A DNA stretch of 64,000 nucleotides, from the NCBI GenBank assembly GCA_028693815.1, contig JAQUUP010000005.1, positions 104 to 64,103 on the forward strand, in the 5' to 3' direction. This document shows, one piece after another, positions 49,281 through 59,152 of this stretch. A program made the translations under genes and the position numbers. This DNA is from Candidatus Omnitrophota bacterium (lineage in GTDB: Bacteria; Omnitrophota; Gorgyraeia; Zapsychrales; Aceulaceae). Below the pieces are notes generated by a model. It was not told the origin of the DNA. It did no database searches and saw nothing but the letters and a program-made list of their open reading frames with translations. Position 1 is the stretch's first letter; the number at the start of each line of letters is the position of its first letter.

Positions 49281-51380
49281 ATGAATATTGAACGCATTGA
49301 GGTTCCTTTTGGGGATCAAAATATTATTATTGAGACTGGAAAATTAGCGAAACAGGCTAACGGAGCTGTTACGGTGACATGCGGAGGAACCGTTGTTTTA
49401 GTTACGGCATGTATGGCAAAAGAAGCCCAAGAAGGCGCAGGTTTTTTTCCATTAACAGTTGAGTACAAAGAAAAGACATATGCTGCTGGACGAATTCCAG
49501 GAGGATTTTTTAAGCGAGAAGGACGTCCATCAGAAAGCGAGATTTTAATTTCTCGAATTATTGATAGGCCGATTCGACCGCTTTTCCCAAAAGGATTTTT
49601 TAACTGTGTTCAGGTTGTTGCTTTAGTTTTAAGTAGCGATTGTGAAAATGCACCAGACATTCTTGCCTTAATGGGAGCTTCTGTGGCTTTATCTATTTCG
49701 GATATTCCATTTGAAGGGCCGATTGGCGCTGTTCGTGTTGGATTAGTTGACGATGAATTTATCTTGAATCCAACAAATACGCAAAGAGAAGGTAGTCCTT
49801 TGGATTTACTGATTGTTGGATCAGATGATGGTATTGTCATGATTGAAGGCGAGTCCTCAGAAGTTGCTGAGGATGTTGTTGTTAAAGGCATCGCTTTTGG
49901 TGCCGAGAAGCTAAAGAACTTGATTGCTGTCCAAAAGGAATTGGTTCGTAATATTGGAATGCCAAAAGCAGAGGTTGTTCTTCAAGAAGTCAATCCTGGA
50001 TTAGTTAAAAAGGTCAAAGAGCTTGCTTCAAAGAAGATTTCTGAGATTTATAAAATTGCAGAAAAAGAGGACCGTCAAACAGGTATTGATGCTTTAGCGA
50101 AAGAGTTGACTAAAGATTTGTCGATTTTTGATGAGTTTAAACCTGAGAAAAAGAACGAAGTTTCTATTTCTGATATTAAAATGGCGCTTGAGCAAATCGA
50201 AGAAGAAGAATTGAGACGTATTGCTCTAGAAGAAAACAGGCGAATTGATGGACGCGCTATGGACGAAGTTAGGCCGATTGATTGCGAAGTTACGATTATG
50301 CCTCGTACGCACGGTTCAGCATTGTTTACTAGAGGTCAAACTCAAAGCTTATCAATCGCAACGCTTGGGACGCGTAGTGATGAGCAGATGATTGATGCGC
50401 TAGAAGGAAAGACTAATAAATCATTTATGTTGCATTATAATTTTCCTTCGTTTAGTGTTGGTGAAACTCGTCCAATGCGTGGACCGGGTCGCCGAGAGAT
50501 TGGTCATGGCGCCTTAGCTGAGAAAGCATTGTGCGCGATTATGCCAACAAAAGAAGAATTTCCTTATACTGTCCGCGTTGTTTCTGAGGTTCTTGAATCT
50601 AATGGTTCTTCTAGTATGGCGACTGTTTGTGCTGGAACGCTTTGTTTGATGGATGCAGGTGTTCCGATTAAAGATCCGGTTGCTGGAATTTCCGTTGGAC
50701 TTATTACAGGTCAGGGTAAAGAAGTTTTACTAACTGATATTCTTGGTGTTGAAGATCATTTTGGGGATATGGATTTTAAAGTTGCAGGTACACGTAAAGG
50801 TGTTACAGCGATTCAACTTGATCTTAAGATCAAAGGAATTAGCGTTGAACTTTTATCAAAAGCGGTTGAGCAATCAAAAAAAGCTCGTTTTGAAATTCTC
50901 GATAAAATGCATGCGGCATTGCCATCTCCTAGAGAAGCTGTTTCTGAATATGCTCCTCAGATTATTGAGCTGCATATTGATCCTTCGAAGATTGGTGAAG
51001 TTATTGGACCTGGAGGAAGAGTTATTAAGAAAATTATTGCAGATACTGAAGCAGCGATTGATATTGATGATACAGGCACTGTTTTGGTTTCATCGCCAAA
51101 CAAAGCTGCTTGTGATAAAGCCGTTGCTATTATCAAAGGTATTGTAGAAGAACCTGAAATAGGAAGAATCTACGATGCTGAAGTTAAGAAAATTATGAAT
51201 TTTGGTGTTTTCTGTGAATTTATGCCTGGCAAGGATGGCTTGGTTCATGTTTCTGAGTTGTCGAGTGAATACATCAAAGACATTGAGTCAGCTGTTAAGG
51301 TTGGCGATAAGTTCAAGGTTAAAGTTATTAAAATAGATGAACAGAAGCGTGTAAATTTAAGCAAAAAACAAGCTGAATGA
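49281..51380 (+). CDS. pnp: polyribonucleotide nucleotidyltransferase (PNPase)
   Basis: 699 aa with two RNase PH domains followed by KH and S1 domains. Confidence 0.9.
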   Translation: MNIERIEVPFGDQNIIIETGKLAKQANGAVTVTCGGTVVLVTACMAKEAQEGAGFFPLTVEYKEKTYAAGRIPGGFFKREGRPSESEILISRIIDRPIRPLFPKGFFNCVQVVALVLSSDCENAPDILALMGASVALSISDIPFEGPIGAVRVGLVDDEFILNPTNTQREGSPLDLLIVGSDDGIVMIEGESSEVAEDVVVKGIAFGAEKLKNLIAVQKELVRNIGMPKAEVVLQEVNPGLVKKVKELASKKISEIYKIAEKEDRQTGIDALAKELTKDLSIFDEFKPEKKNEVSISDIKMALEQIEEEELRRIALEENRRIDGRAMDEVRPIDCEVTIMPRTHGSALFTRGQTQSLSIATLGTRSDEQMIDALEGKTNKSFMLHYNFPSFSVGETRPMRGPGRREIGHGALAEKALCAIMPTKEEFPYTVRVVSEVLESNGSSSMATVCAGTLCLMDAGVPIKDPVAGISVGLITGQGKEVLLTDILGVEDHFGDMDFKVAGTRKGVTAIQLDLKIKGISVELLSKAVEQSKKARFEILDKMHAALPSPREAVSEYAPQIIELHIDPSKIGEVIGPGGRVIKKIIADTEAAIDIDDTGTVLVSSPNKAACDKAVAIIKGIVEEPEIGRIYDAEVKKIMNFGVFCEFMPGKDGLVHVSELSSEYIKDIESAVKVGDKFKVKVIKIDEQKRVNLSKKQAE

Positions 51381-53602
51381 AATCTCAGTATGTTAACGAG
51401 ATAAAAGGTGTTGTCATTCTGGCTATGGCGTTAATTCTCCTGGCCAGTTTGATTTCTTTCGATCCTGCGGATCTTCCGTGGTATACATCTCATCCGAACG
51501 TTCCCGTTCACAATCTTATTCAAATTTTTGGTGCGTATTTAGCCGGAGCATTACTATTTGTTATTGGTTATAGTGCATATTTTATCGCGATTTTTTTATT
51601 TTTTTGGAGTTGGAATAAATTTGCAAATCGTGAAATGCAATTTTCAGCTTCAAAGTTAATTAGTTTTGGCGTTATTTTTGTTGTCTTGAGCTCTTTGTTC
51701 AGTCTTATCGGTGCACAAGCGCAAGATATGCGTTTTGCACGTTCTGGTATTACTGGTATTTTTGTTTCGAATTTTCTTGTAAAATATTTTGGTTTGGTTG
51801 GTTCTTATATTATTTTGGGCGCCCTTACGGTTTTGACTTCTATTGTGATTGGAGAGTTTTTAATCTATCCATTTATTTTAAAAGTAATTGAGGGGGGTAA
51901 AGAGGCGTTTGCATTTTTAAAAGAAAGACGTCAGGCAAAAAAAGAAGAAAAAGAAGAAAGTCTGACAACCCGTCTTCGAGAAAAAGCAAAAGAAAAAATG
52001 CTTCAAGCTAAAAAAGCGCTTATAAAGGCTGAATCGAAAAAACAAAACAATGATGAAGAACTAGAAGATGATAAGGAAGGCTTATCAATAGCTCAGAAGC
52101 CAAGAATTCGCATTGCGAAACCAGAACCTTCAAAGGCAGCTGTTGTAGCTGTGCAGGAGCCTCGTCATGTTGGTGAATATAATTTGCCAAGTGTAGATTT
52201 GTTAAAAGATCCACCGGCTATTTCGTCTCAAAAGCAAGAGGAAGATTTGTCAGGCGGGGCAAAAGTTTTAGAAGAAACGCTTGCTCAGTTTGGTGTTTCT
52301 GTTCGGGTTGTTGATATTGAGCAAGGGCCGGTGATTACGCGTTACGAACTTGAGCCTTCACCAGGCGTTAAGGTGCAAAAGATCACAACGCTTTCTGACG
52401 ATATTTCGCTTGCTATGAAAGCGCCTTCGATTCGCATTTTAGCTCCAATTCCAGGAAAAAATCGTGTTGGGATTGAAATTCCAAATATTTCTTCAGCTAC
52501 TGTATATTTGAAGGAAGTTTTGTCGCAACAAAACTTTATTTCATCGAAACATCGCTTAACGCTTGCGCTTGGAAAAGATACAGCTGGAAAGTCTATGGTT
52601 GCAGATTTAGCTGACATGCCGCATCTTTTGATTGCGGGAACAACCGGGTCTGGTAAAACAGTTTGTTTAAATAGTATTATTTTATCAATGCTTTATAAAT
52701 ATGGGCCTGATCAAATAAAATTTTTAATGGTTGATCCAAAAATGGTTGAGTTAAGCCAGTATAATCCTATTCCTCATTGTTTGTGCCCAGCTGTGACAAA
52801 TCCGAAGAAAGTAACTGCAGCGCTTCATTGGGTTGTTGGTGAGATGGAGACGCGTTATTCGCAGCTTTCAAAAACAGGGTCACGTAATATTGTTGATTAT
52901 CATAAAAAAGGCAATGGTATGCCGTATATCATTGTTGTTATTGATGAGCTTGCGGATTTGATGCAGATTTGCCCAAAAGAAGTCGAGAGTGCGATTACAC
53001 GGTTGGCGCAATTGTCACGGGCGGTCGGGATTCATTTAATTTTGGCGACTCAGAGGCCGTCGGTGGATGTTATTACGGGCGTTATTAAAGCAAATTTTCC
53101 AGCGCGCATTTCTTTTAAGGTTGCATCAAAGATTGATTCGCGGACTGTTTTAGATATGAATGGAGCTGAGAGCTTAATTGGAAAAGGAGACATGCTTTTT
53201 TTAAAGCCTGGCGAAGCAAAACCCATTCGAGGACAATGCTGCTATGTTTCAGATGATGAGATTTCAAATGTTATTGATTTTATTAAAGTTCAGCAAGAGC
53301 CTGTTTATGATGACAGTATTATTGCGAAGCAAAAAACTTCTGCAACGGGTGCATCAGAACAGAAAGATGAGCTTTATGATGAGGCTGTGCGTTTGGTGAT
53401 TGAAACAAATCAAGCATCTGTTTCAATTTTGCAGCGACGTATGCGTTTAGGATATACACGGGCGGCAAGATTAATTGATATGATGGAACAAGAGGGAATT
53501 GTCGGCCCATATTGTGGAAGCAAGCCTCGAGAGATTCTTGTGAATCGTGAGGACTGGTTAATGAAAGACATGGAAGAAAATACGGAGAGTGATAATGGAT
53601 GA
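51377..53602 (+). CDS. ftsK: DNA translocase FtsK
   Basis: It has N-terminal transmembrane helices, a GTTGSGKT Walker A motif and a gamma-domain tail. Confidence 0.9.
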   Translation: MKSQYVNEIKGVVILAMALILLASLISFDPADLPWYTSHPNVPVHNLIQIFGAYLAGALLFVIGYSAYFIAIFLFFWSWNKFANREMQFSASKLISFGVIFVVLSSLFSLIGAQAQDMRFARSGITGIFVSNFLVKYFGLVGSYIILGALTVLTSIVIGEFLIYPFILKVIEGGKEAFAFLKERRQAKKEEKEESLTTRLREKAKEKMLQAKKALIKAESKKQNNDEELEDDKEGLSIAQKPRIRIAKPEPSKAAVVAVQEPRHVGEYNLPSVDLLKDPPAISSQKQEEDLSGGAKVLEETLAQFGVSVRVVDIEQGPVITRYELEPSPGVKVQKITTLSDDISLAMKAPSIRILAPIPGKNRVGIEIPNISSATVYLKEVLSQQNFISSKHRLTLALGKDTAGKSMVADLADMPHLLIAGTTGSGKTVCLNSIILSMLYKYGPDQIKFLMVDPKMVELSQYNPIPHCLCPAVTNPKKVTAALHWVVGEMETRYSQLSKTGSRNIVDYHKKGNGMPYIIVVIDELADLMQICPKEVESAITRLAQLSRAVGIHLILATQRPSVDVITGVIKANFPARISFKVASKIDSRTVLDMNGAESLIGKGDMLFLKPGEAKPIRGQCCYVSDDEISNVIDFIKVQQEPVYDDSIIAKQKTSATGASEQKDELYDEAVRLVIETNQASVSILQRRMRLGYTRAARLIDMMEQEGIVGPYCGSKPREILVNREDWLMKDMEENTESDNG

Positions 53603-54380
53603 TCGTGCCCAAAAAGGTTTGATTTTAAAAGAAGCGAGAGAGTCAAGAGGGATTGCTATTGAGACAGTCCATGAAGCAACAAAGGTCCCCTTAGATGCGC
53701 TTAAAGCTATTGAAGAGGGGTATCGTGTTCGAAGCATGACAGATTTTTATTATCGAGCATTTATTAAGCTTTATGCGAATTATTTAGGAATTGATATTAG
53801 GAGAATTTTAGAGGATTATCATCCTGAAAAAATTCCAGAACCGACATCCTTTCATCGAGGAAAGAATTTCTGGGAAGGAGAAGAGTCAAATATTTTTACA
53901 CCGAATGTTATTCGCAACATTGTTAAAACTGTTGTTGTTATTTTTGGACTTTTTGTTGTTTTTCGCATTGGAGGCTGTATTTTTAATCGAAAACCTCAAG
54001 TGGATTCTAAAAAGACAACAAAGGAAAGAGTTGTTAAGAAAAAACCGGTGGTGGCTGTTGCCTCGAAACCTGTTGTTGATAAAGTTAATCCAGAAGAAAA
54101 GGTTTCTAGCGTTTCTGAAAAAAAAGTTAATTTGGTCGTTCGTGCTAAAAAGAAGACGTGGTTGCGCGTATCAGCAGATGGAAGCGAAGTTTTTCGATCT
54201 TCATTGTCGAAGGGTGCTGTTGAGTCTTGGAATGCGAAAGAAAGAATTGAATTATCTGGAAAAAATTTGCTAGGTCTTGAATTAGAACTAAACGGAAAAG
54301 CAATCAGTTCTTTAACTGATGGCAATCGAGGAATTAATAAAATTATCATAACGCCTAGTGGTTTTACGGTTGAAGAATAA
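53589..54380 (+). CDS. rodZ: RodZ-like protein (XRE-type HTH, TM helix, C-terminal DUF4115)
   Basis: The N-terminus has an HTH, a single transmembrane helix follows, and the conserved C-terminal domain is VVRAKKKTWLRVSADG. Confidence 0.65.
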   Translation: MIMDDRAQKGLILKEARESRGIAIETVHEATKVPLDALKAIEEGYRVRSMTDFYYRAFIKLYANYLGIDIRRILEDYHPEKIPEPTSFHRGKNFWEGEESNIFTPNVIRNIVKTVVVIFGLFVVFRIGGCIFNRKPQVDSKKTTKERVVKKKPVVAVASKPVVDKVNPEEKVSSVSEKKVNLVVRAKKKTWLRVSADGSEVFRSSLSKGAVESWNAKERIELSGKNLLGLELELNGKAISSLTDGNRGINKIIITPSGFTVEE

Positions 54381-54394
54381 TATCTAATCTAATC

Positions 54395-55693
54395 GTGCAA
54401 TTTTCAAAAATCCCAATTGTTAATCAAATCCCAAAGTCTTCTAGTGTACGGCTTATTAATTTGGGCTGTGCGCGGAATTTAGTCGATTCCCAGATTATAT
54501 TAGGCCGGCTTAAGAAAAAAAATCATGCGATTGTCCATAGCCAAAAAGCAGATGTTGTTATTTTAAACACATGTGCTTTTATTGAAACGGCAAAAAAAGA
54601 AACAATTGATTTAATCTTAGAGCTCATTGATTTAAAGAAAAGCGGCATTATTAAAAGAATTGCCGTTGTTGGATGTTTTCCAGAGCGTTATCCAAAGCAA
54701 ATGCGTAAAGAGTTTAAGGAAGTAGATTTCATCGACGGTGTATTGAGTTTGGAGAAAGAGGAGAATGAAAAGAAGGTTGTTCTGACACCAAAATCTTATG
54801 TGTATTTGAAAATTTGTGAAAGTTGTTATAATCTTTGCCATTTTTGTGTGATTCCTAAAATTAAAGGAAAGTTTGTTTCGCGTTCGATAGAATCAATCAC
54901 AAGAGAAGCAAAACGGCTTGATCGAAAAAAGATCAAAGAAATAAATATTATTGGCCAAGATATTACTGCCTATGGGCTTGATCTATACAAACACAAAGCC
55001 CTTGTTGACTTGCTTAAGAGTTTGTTAAAAAATACAAGTCAGATTAAATGGTTTCGGCTGTTGTATGCATATCCTTCGCATGTCACAGATGAGTTGCTTG
55101 ATTTGATGCAGAGCCAAAAGCGTATTTGTCAATATCTAGATATTCCTTTGCAGCATGTAAATGATAAAATTTTACGAGACATGAATCGGCATTTCTTTAA
55201 AAAAGAAATTATTGCTTTGATCAAGAAAATTCGTAATAAAATGCCTGAATGTTGCTTGCGAACTTCTTTTATTGTTGGCTATCCGGGCGAGACTGAGGCT
55301 CAGTTTAAGGAATTATGCGCATTTGTTCGAAAGTTTCAGTTTGATCGATTAGGTGTCTTCATGTATTCAAGAGAAGAGGGCACTAAAGCTGCTTGTTTGC
55401 CAAATCAGATTTCAGAGGATGTCAAACAAAGACGATATGACACCTTGATGAAAATTCAGCAGGGGATTTCAACGTCTAAGCTCAGGCGTTTTATCGGCAA
55501 GAAACTTTTTGTTGTTGTTGACGAAGAAATAAAGAATGAAAAGGGATTATATGTCGGTCGTAGTCAATATGATGCGCCTGAAGTCGATGGTGTTATTTAT
55601 ATTGAGACGCGAAAGAAGCTAAAATCTGGTGATTTTTTTAAGGTTGAAATAATAGACAGTTATGAGTATGATTTATTAGGGAAGCCTTGCTAG
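54395..55693 (+). CDS. rimO: MiaB/RimO-family radical-SAM methylthiotransferase (probably RimO)
   Basis: It has a CxxxCxxC radical-SAM motif (CESCYNLCHFC), N-terminal Cys and a C-terminal TRAM domain. The start codon is GTG. Confidence 0.75.
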   Translation: MQFSKIPIVNQIPKSSSVRLINLGCARNLVDSQIILGRLKKKNHAIVHSQKADVVILNTCAFIETAKKETIDLILELIDLKKSGIIKRIAVVGCFPERYPKQMRKEFKEVDFIDGVLSLEKEENEKKVVLTPKSYVYLKICESCYNLCHFCVIPKIKGKFVSRSIESITREAKRLDRKKIKEINIIGQDITAYGLDLYKHKALVDLLKSLLKNTSQIKWFRLLYAYPSHVTDELLDLMQSQKRICQYLDIPLQHVNDKILRDMNRHFFKKEIIALIKKIRNKMPECCLRTSFIVGYPGETEAQFKELCAFVRKFQFDRLGVFMYSREEGTKAACLPNQISEDVKQRRYDTLMKIQQGISTSKLRRFIGKKLFVVVDEEIKNEKGLYVGRSQYDAPEVDGVIYIETRKKLKSGDFFKVEIIDSYEYDLLGKPC

Positions 55694-55745
55694 AGAGTAA
55701 AATTTTTAGTAAAACAAATAGTGGCAAGACTTAGGAGTAAAATAA

Positions 55746-56324
55746 ATGAACCTTGCAAACAAAATAACGATATCACGTATTTTTCTAACATTTTTGTTTA
55801 TTTTTTTTATCGGGCAGGAAAGTTTAATTTTTGCTATTTTGGCAACGGTGACATTTGCTTTGGCATCGCTGACGGATTATTATGATGGGTATGTTGCTAA
55901 GAAGTATAATCTAGTTAGCGATTTTGGAAAATTAATGGATCCGATTGCAGATAAATTCTTGATGTTAGCTGCTTTTCTTGCTTTTGTTCGTATGAATATT
56001 GTCATTGATTGGATGGTTGTTTTAATTTTGGGTCGAGAAATTCTTGTGACTGGATTAAGAATTTTTGCTTTAACGAAGCAAAAAGTGTTGGCTGCGGAAA
56101 GAGGGGGAAAGCACAAAACGGTTTCGCAAGTAGTTGCTATTTTTATTATTTTAGGATTTATTATTTTTAAACGATTGGTTACTATTATTTCTGGCTGGTC
56201 TGAAGATATTGAATTTTGGTGGAAGGTTGGAATCAACATCTCGATGCTCATCACGGTTGCATTAACGTTGATTTCTGGACTTTCTTATTTTTGGCGAAAC
56301 CGTAATTTAATAAAAACACAATGA
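55746..56324 (+). CDS. pgsA: CDP-diacylglycerol--glycerol-3-phosphate 3-phosphatidyltransferase
   Basis: It has the CDP-alcohol phosphatidyltransferase motif DYYDGYVAKK...GKLMDPIADK. Confidence 0.85.
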   Translation: MNLANKITISRIFLTFLFIFFIGQESLIFAILATVTFALASLTDYYDGYVAKKYNLVSDFGKLMDPIADKFLMLAAFLAFVRMNIVIDWMVVLILGREILVTGLRIFALTKQKVLAAERGGKHKTVSQVVAIFIILGFIIFKRLVTIISGWSEDIEFWWKVGINISMLITVALTLISGLSYFWRNRNLIKTQ

Positions 56325-56776
56325 AAAATATATTGATAAAGACAGTTTCAACTTTCTTTGGGATTGGCTATGTTCCTGTTGCTCCAGGGAGCGCTGCTAG
56401 CGTAGTCGCTGGTGTTATGTGTTTTTTGCTTTTTAATAATATGTATCTTTATATTTTTGTTTTTTTTGTTGTGACTATTTGCGGTTTTCTCATTTCTGGA
56501 AAAATGGAGGATATTGTTAAGGAAAAAGATCCTTCTTGTGTTGTGATCGATGAGGTTTCTGGAATGATGATTACTTTTTTTATGTTGCCTAGAACTTGGC
56601 CTGTGTTGATTACGGCATTTTTTCTGTTTCGTGCATTTGATATGTTTAAAATTTATCCTGTGAGTTATTTTGAGAAAAAACCAGGCGGTATTGGTATTAT
56701 GATGGATGATGTTGCCGCAGGGCTTTATGCAAATATTGTTATGCAAATCTCTTTGTTTATTTTTAGGTCAAATTAA
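56321..56776 (+). CDS. pgpA: phosphatidylglycerophosphatase A
   Basis: 151 aa with an FFGIGYVPVAPGSAASVVAG motif. Confidence 0.8.
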   Translation: MKNILIKTVSTFFGIGYVPVAPGSAASVVAGVMCFLLFNNMYLYIFVFFVVTICGFLISGKMEDIVKEKDPSCVVIDEVSGMMITFFMLPRTWPVLITAFFLFRAFDMFKIYPVSYFEKKPGGIGIMMDDVAAGLYANIVMQISLFIFRSN

Positions 56777-56794
56777 TTTTTAGTAATTTTTAAG

Positions 56795-56890
56795 GAAGTC
56801 CTGACGCGCTTTCACGCGCGGGATAAAGTTCAAGAATCTAAACGTTCAATATCCCGACGCGCTTTCACGCTCGGGATAAATTCGCCCCTG
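56795..56890 (+). repeat. double-hairpin dispersed repeat, family 2, copy C
   Basis: TCCTGACGCGC-tttca-CGCGCGGGA, then TAAAGTTCAAGAATCTAAACGTTCAATA, then TCCCGACGCGC-tttca-CGCTCGGGA, then TAAATTCGCC. Confidence 0.8.
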
Positions 56891-56949
56891 ATGCTTTGTT
56901 TTGCAAGCAAAGTGAAGCAAAAAAGCAGAGGCTCATTTAAGGAGGTATT

Positions 56950-57726
56950 ATGAGACGATCATCAAATCCAACATTAAATCCAGCTGTATTTTCGAAGCTT
57001 CAAGCTGCAGAAGGGGATGGTGTTATGACGGTTCAGGGAGCGGTTAACAAGGTTTTTGCGCTTCTTTTTTTAGTTATGATTACAGCTTCTTGGTCTTGGG
57101 GGAAAATTTTTCAGCCTGCTTCAACCCTTGGCTTAAATCAGGAAGGTGTACCGATTTCTAGTACATCGATGGGTCTTGTTATGGTTTGCGCTATTGTTGG
57201 CTTTATAATTGCGCTTATAACTATTTTTAAGAAACAATGGTCACCGCTTACTGCTCCTGGCTATGCGTTATGCGAAGGTATTGTTTTAGGCGGGTTTTCG
57301 GCAATTTTTGAAATGCAGTATCCTGGCATTGTTCTTCAGGCCGTTTGTCTTACTTTTGGGGTTTTGTTTTCTCTGCTGTTAATTTATAAATCTGGCTTGA
57401 TAAAGGTGACTGAAAAGTTTCGTATGGGCGTTGTTGCTGCAACTGCAGGAATCGCTGTTGTTTACATTCTAAATTTTGTTTTAGGATTTTTCGGAATACA
57501 GTTACCTTTTATTTACGGAGCAAATACCTTTGGAATTGTTTTTAGCTTATTTGTTGTTGGAATTGCCTCATTAAATCTTGTCTTAGATTTTGATTTTATT
57601 GACCAGGGTGCTGCACATCGTTTACCAAGATATATGGAATGGTATTCTGCTTTTGGCATTATGGTTACTTTGATTTGGCTTTATATTGAAATCCTTCGGC
57701 TACTTTCAAAGCTTCGAAGACGTTAG
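56950..57726 (+). CDS. multi-pass membrane protein, possibly Bax-inhibitor-1/YccA family
   Basis: It has about 7 transmembrane segments and a polar N-terminus followed by a KVFALLFLVMITAS-type segment. The family call is tentative. Confidence 0.4.
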   Translation: MRRSSNPTLNPAVFSKLQAAEGDGVMTVQGAVNKVFALLFLVMITASWSWGKIFQPASTLGLNQEGVPISSTSMGLVMVCAIVGFIIALITIFKKQWSPLTAPGYALCEGIVLGGFSAIFEMQYPGIVLQAVCLTFGVLFSLLLIYKSGLIKVTEKFRMGVVAATAGIAVVYILNFVLGFFGIQLPFIYGANTFGIVFSLFVVGIASLNLVLDFDFIDQGAAHRLPRYMEWYSAFGIMVTLIWLYIEILRLLSKLRRR

Positions 57727-57930
57727 TAAATAGTTACTCAGACTTACTCAAGATTACTCTTAATATATTATAGATCTATATTCATATATTCCCAGCTTAT
57801 TATAGAAATAGCTTAGACTTACCCAAACTTACTTTAATTACTATATATCATTACCTAGAATATTATTATTGTATTAATAGAATGATTTTATAGTATTAAA
57901 TACTTACTCAAACTTACTTATCAATATGTT
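57725..57930. repeat. AT-rich region with three copies of an ACTTACYCAARCTTACT-type motif
   Basis: Copies lie at about 57731-57760, 57811-57841 and 57899-57925, in the convergent gap between the + gene and thpR. Confidence 0.6.
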
Positions 57931-57980
57931 ACTATGCAGATAGATTCATATTTAACAGTATCGAATCATATATATTCATT

Positions 57981-58574
57981 TTAATACTTTAGAGTAAAGC
58001 TTGAGATTTCCTGATAAATTGGACCTGTTTGAGAGAGAGTGGTTTTGAAGAGGGTCAGCGAATTGATGTTCTTTTTGATTTCTTTGTTAAAGTCAAAATC
58101 CTGAATATCTTTCTTTAGCTGATCCATCTTTTTTAGGTTTTTAATTCGCCCTAATGTGATATGGGCAGAAAATTCTCTTTCTCTAAGAAATCCAACTTTA
58201 GCTAAGGAGATGCTTATGTCATCCGCAAGATTCTTAAGATTGTTTTCTTTTTTGTTGATTCCAAGAGAGATAATCTTTGGGCTTTGCGCAGGAAACATTT
58301 CAATTCTGGTTGTTTTGATAAGAAAGGGATGATGATTCTTGGAAATGTTCGTAATAGTTTTTGAAATAATTTCAATTTGACTTTGATCGATGTTTCCTAG
58401 AAATTGAAGTGTGATGTGAGTATTCTCTAGGTTAACCCATTTGATATTAGCGTGATATTCTTTGAGTTTATCCTGAGCCTTTAGGATAAGGGATTTTATT
58501 TGTTTATTAAATTTAATTGCGATGAAGGCGCGTATTCTTTGGTTATTCATAAAGAAGAACAAAAAGAAGTTCAA
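57981..58574 (-). CDS. thpR: RNA 2',3'-cyclic phosphodiesterase (2'-5' RNA ligase family, ThpR/LigT)
   Basis: It has two H-x-T-x motifs (HITLQF and HITLGR). Confidence 0.8.
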   Translation of the reverse strand: MNFFLFFFMNNQRIRAFIAIKFNKQIKSLILKAQDKLKEYHANIKWVNLENTHITLQFLGNIDQSQIEIISKTITNISKNHHPFLIKTTRIEMFPAQSPKIISLGINKKENNLKNLADDISISLAKVGFLREREFSAHITLGRIKNLKKMDQLKKDIQDFDFNKEIKKNINSLTLFKTTLSQTGPIYQEISSFTLKY

Positions 58575-59013
58575 GAGCTTTTTTGCAGATTTTTGATTTG
58601 ATTGCTAGACGAGATCCTTTGAATTGACACTGAATGCAGATGTCTTGTTTTTTTGAACTTCCTGCAATAAAAACAAGACCTACAGGTTTGTTTTTTGTTC
58701 CTCCTGTTGGGCCGGCAATTCCTGTGATTCCTATGCCGTAGTCAGCGTTGAGTGCTTGGCGTGCGCCATTTGCCATTTTTATTGCGACTTGGGAGCTAAC
58801 AGCACCATAAGTTTTAATTAAGCCAGAAGGGACTTTTAAGAATTTTATTTTGGCTTCGTTCGAATAAGCAACAATTCCTGTTTTTAGGAATTTGGAACTT
58901 CCGCTGATATTTGTTAAACGATTTGAGAGAAGTCCGCCAGTACAAGATTCTGCAAGAGACAATGTCTTTTTATTTTTGATAAGAATTTTCGCTATTTTTT
59001 GTTCTATAGGCAT
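58543..59013 (-). CDS. CinA C-terminal domain protein (PncC-like NMN deamidase family)
   Basis: It has an ESCTGGLLSNRLTNISGSS motif. Confidence 0.8.
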   Translation of the reverse strand: MPIEQKIAKILIKNKKTLSLAESCTGGLLSNRLTNISGSSKFLKTGIVAYSNEAKIKFLKVPSGLIKTYGAVSSQVAIKMANGARQALNADYGIGITGIAGPTGGTKNKPVGLVFIAGSSKKQDICIQCQFKGSRLAIKSKICKKALELLFVLLYE

Positions 59014-59057
59014 ATATCCATTATAGGGAACAGTAAATCGTTTGACAACATAAACAT

Positions 59058-59087
59058 CTTGAATTTTTAGTCAAAAAGACTTATAAT
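59058..59087 (+). promoter_or_regulatory. putative sigma70 promoter TTGAAT-17-TATAAT for the rib operon
   Basis: Hexamers lie upstream of ribBA. No FMN-riboswitch motifs were seen. Confidence 0.35.
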
Positions 59088-59152
59088 TCGTGTTATTCTT
59101 TCGAATAACTAATATATATATTTAGATTAATAATAAAAAAGGACGGAGTATT

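Noticed and set aside
59014-59152. An FMN riboswitch upstream of ribBA
   Set aside because: No conserved FMN-aptamer segments are visible. The gap is AT-rich and only 139 nt long. Only promoter-like hexamers were found.
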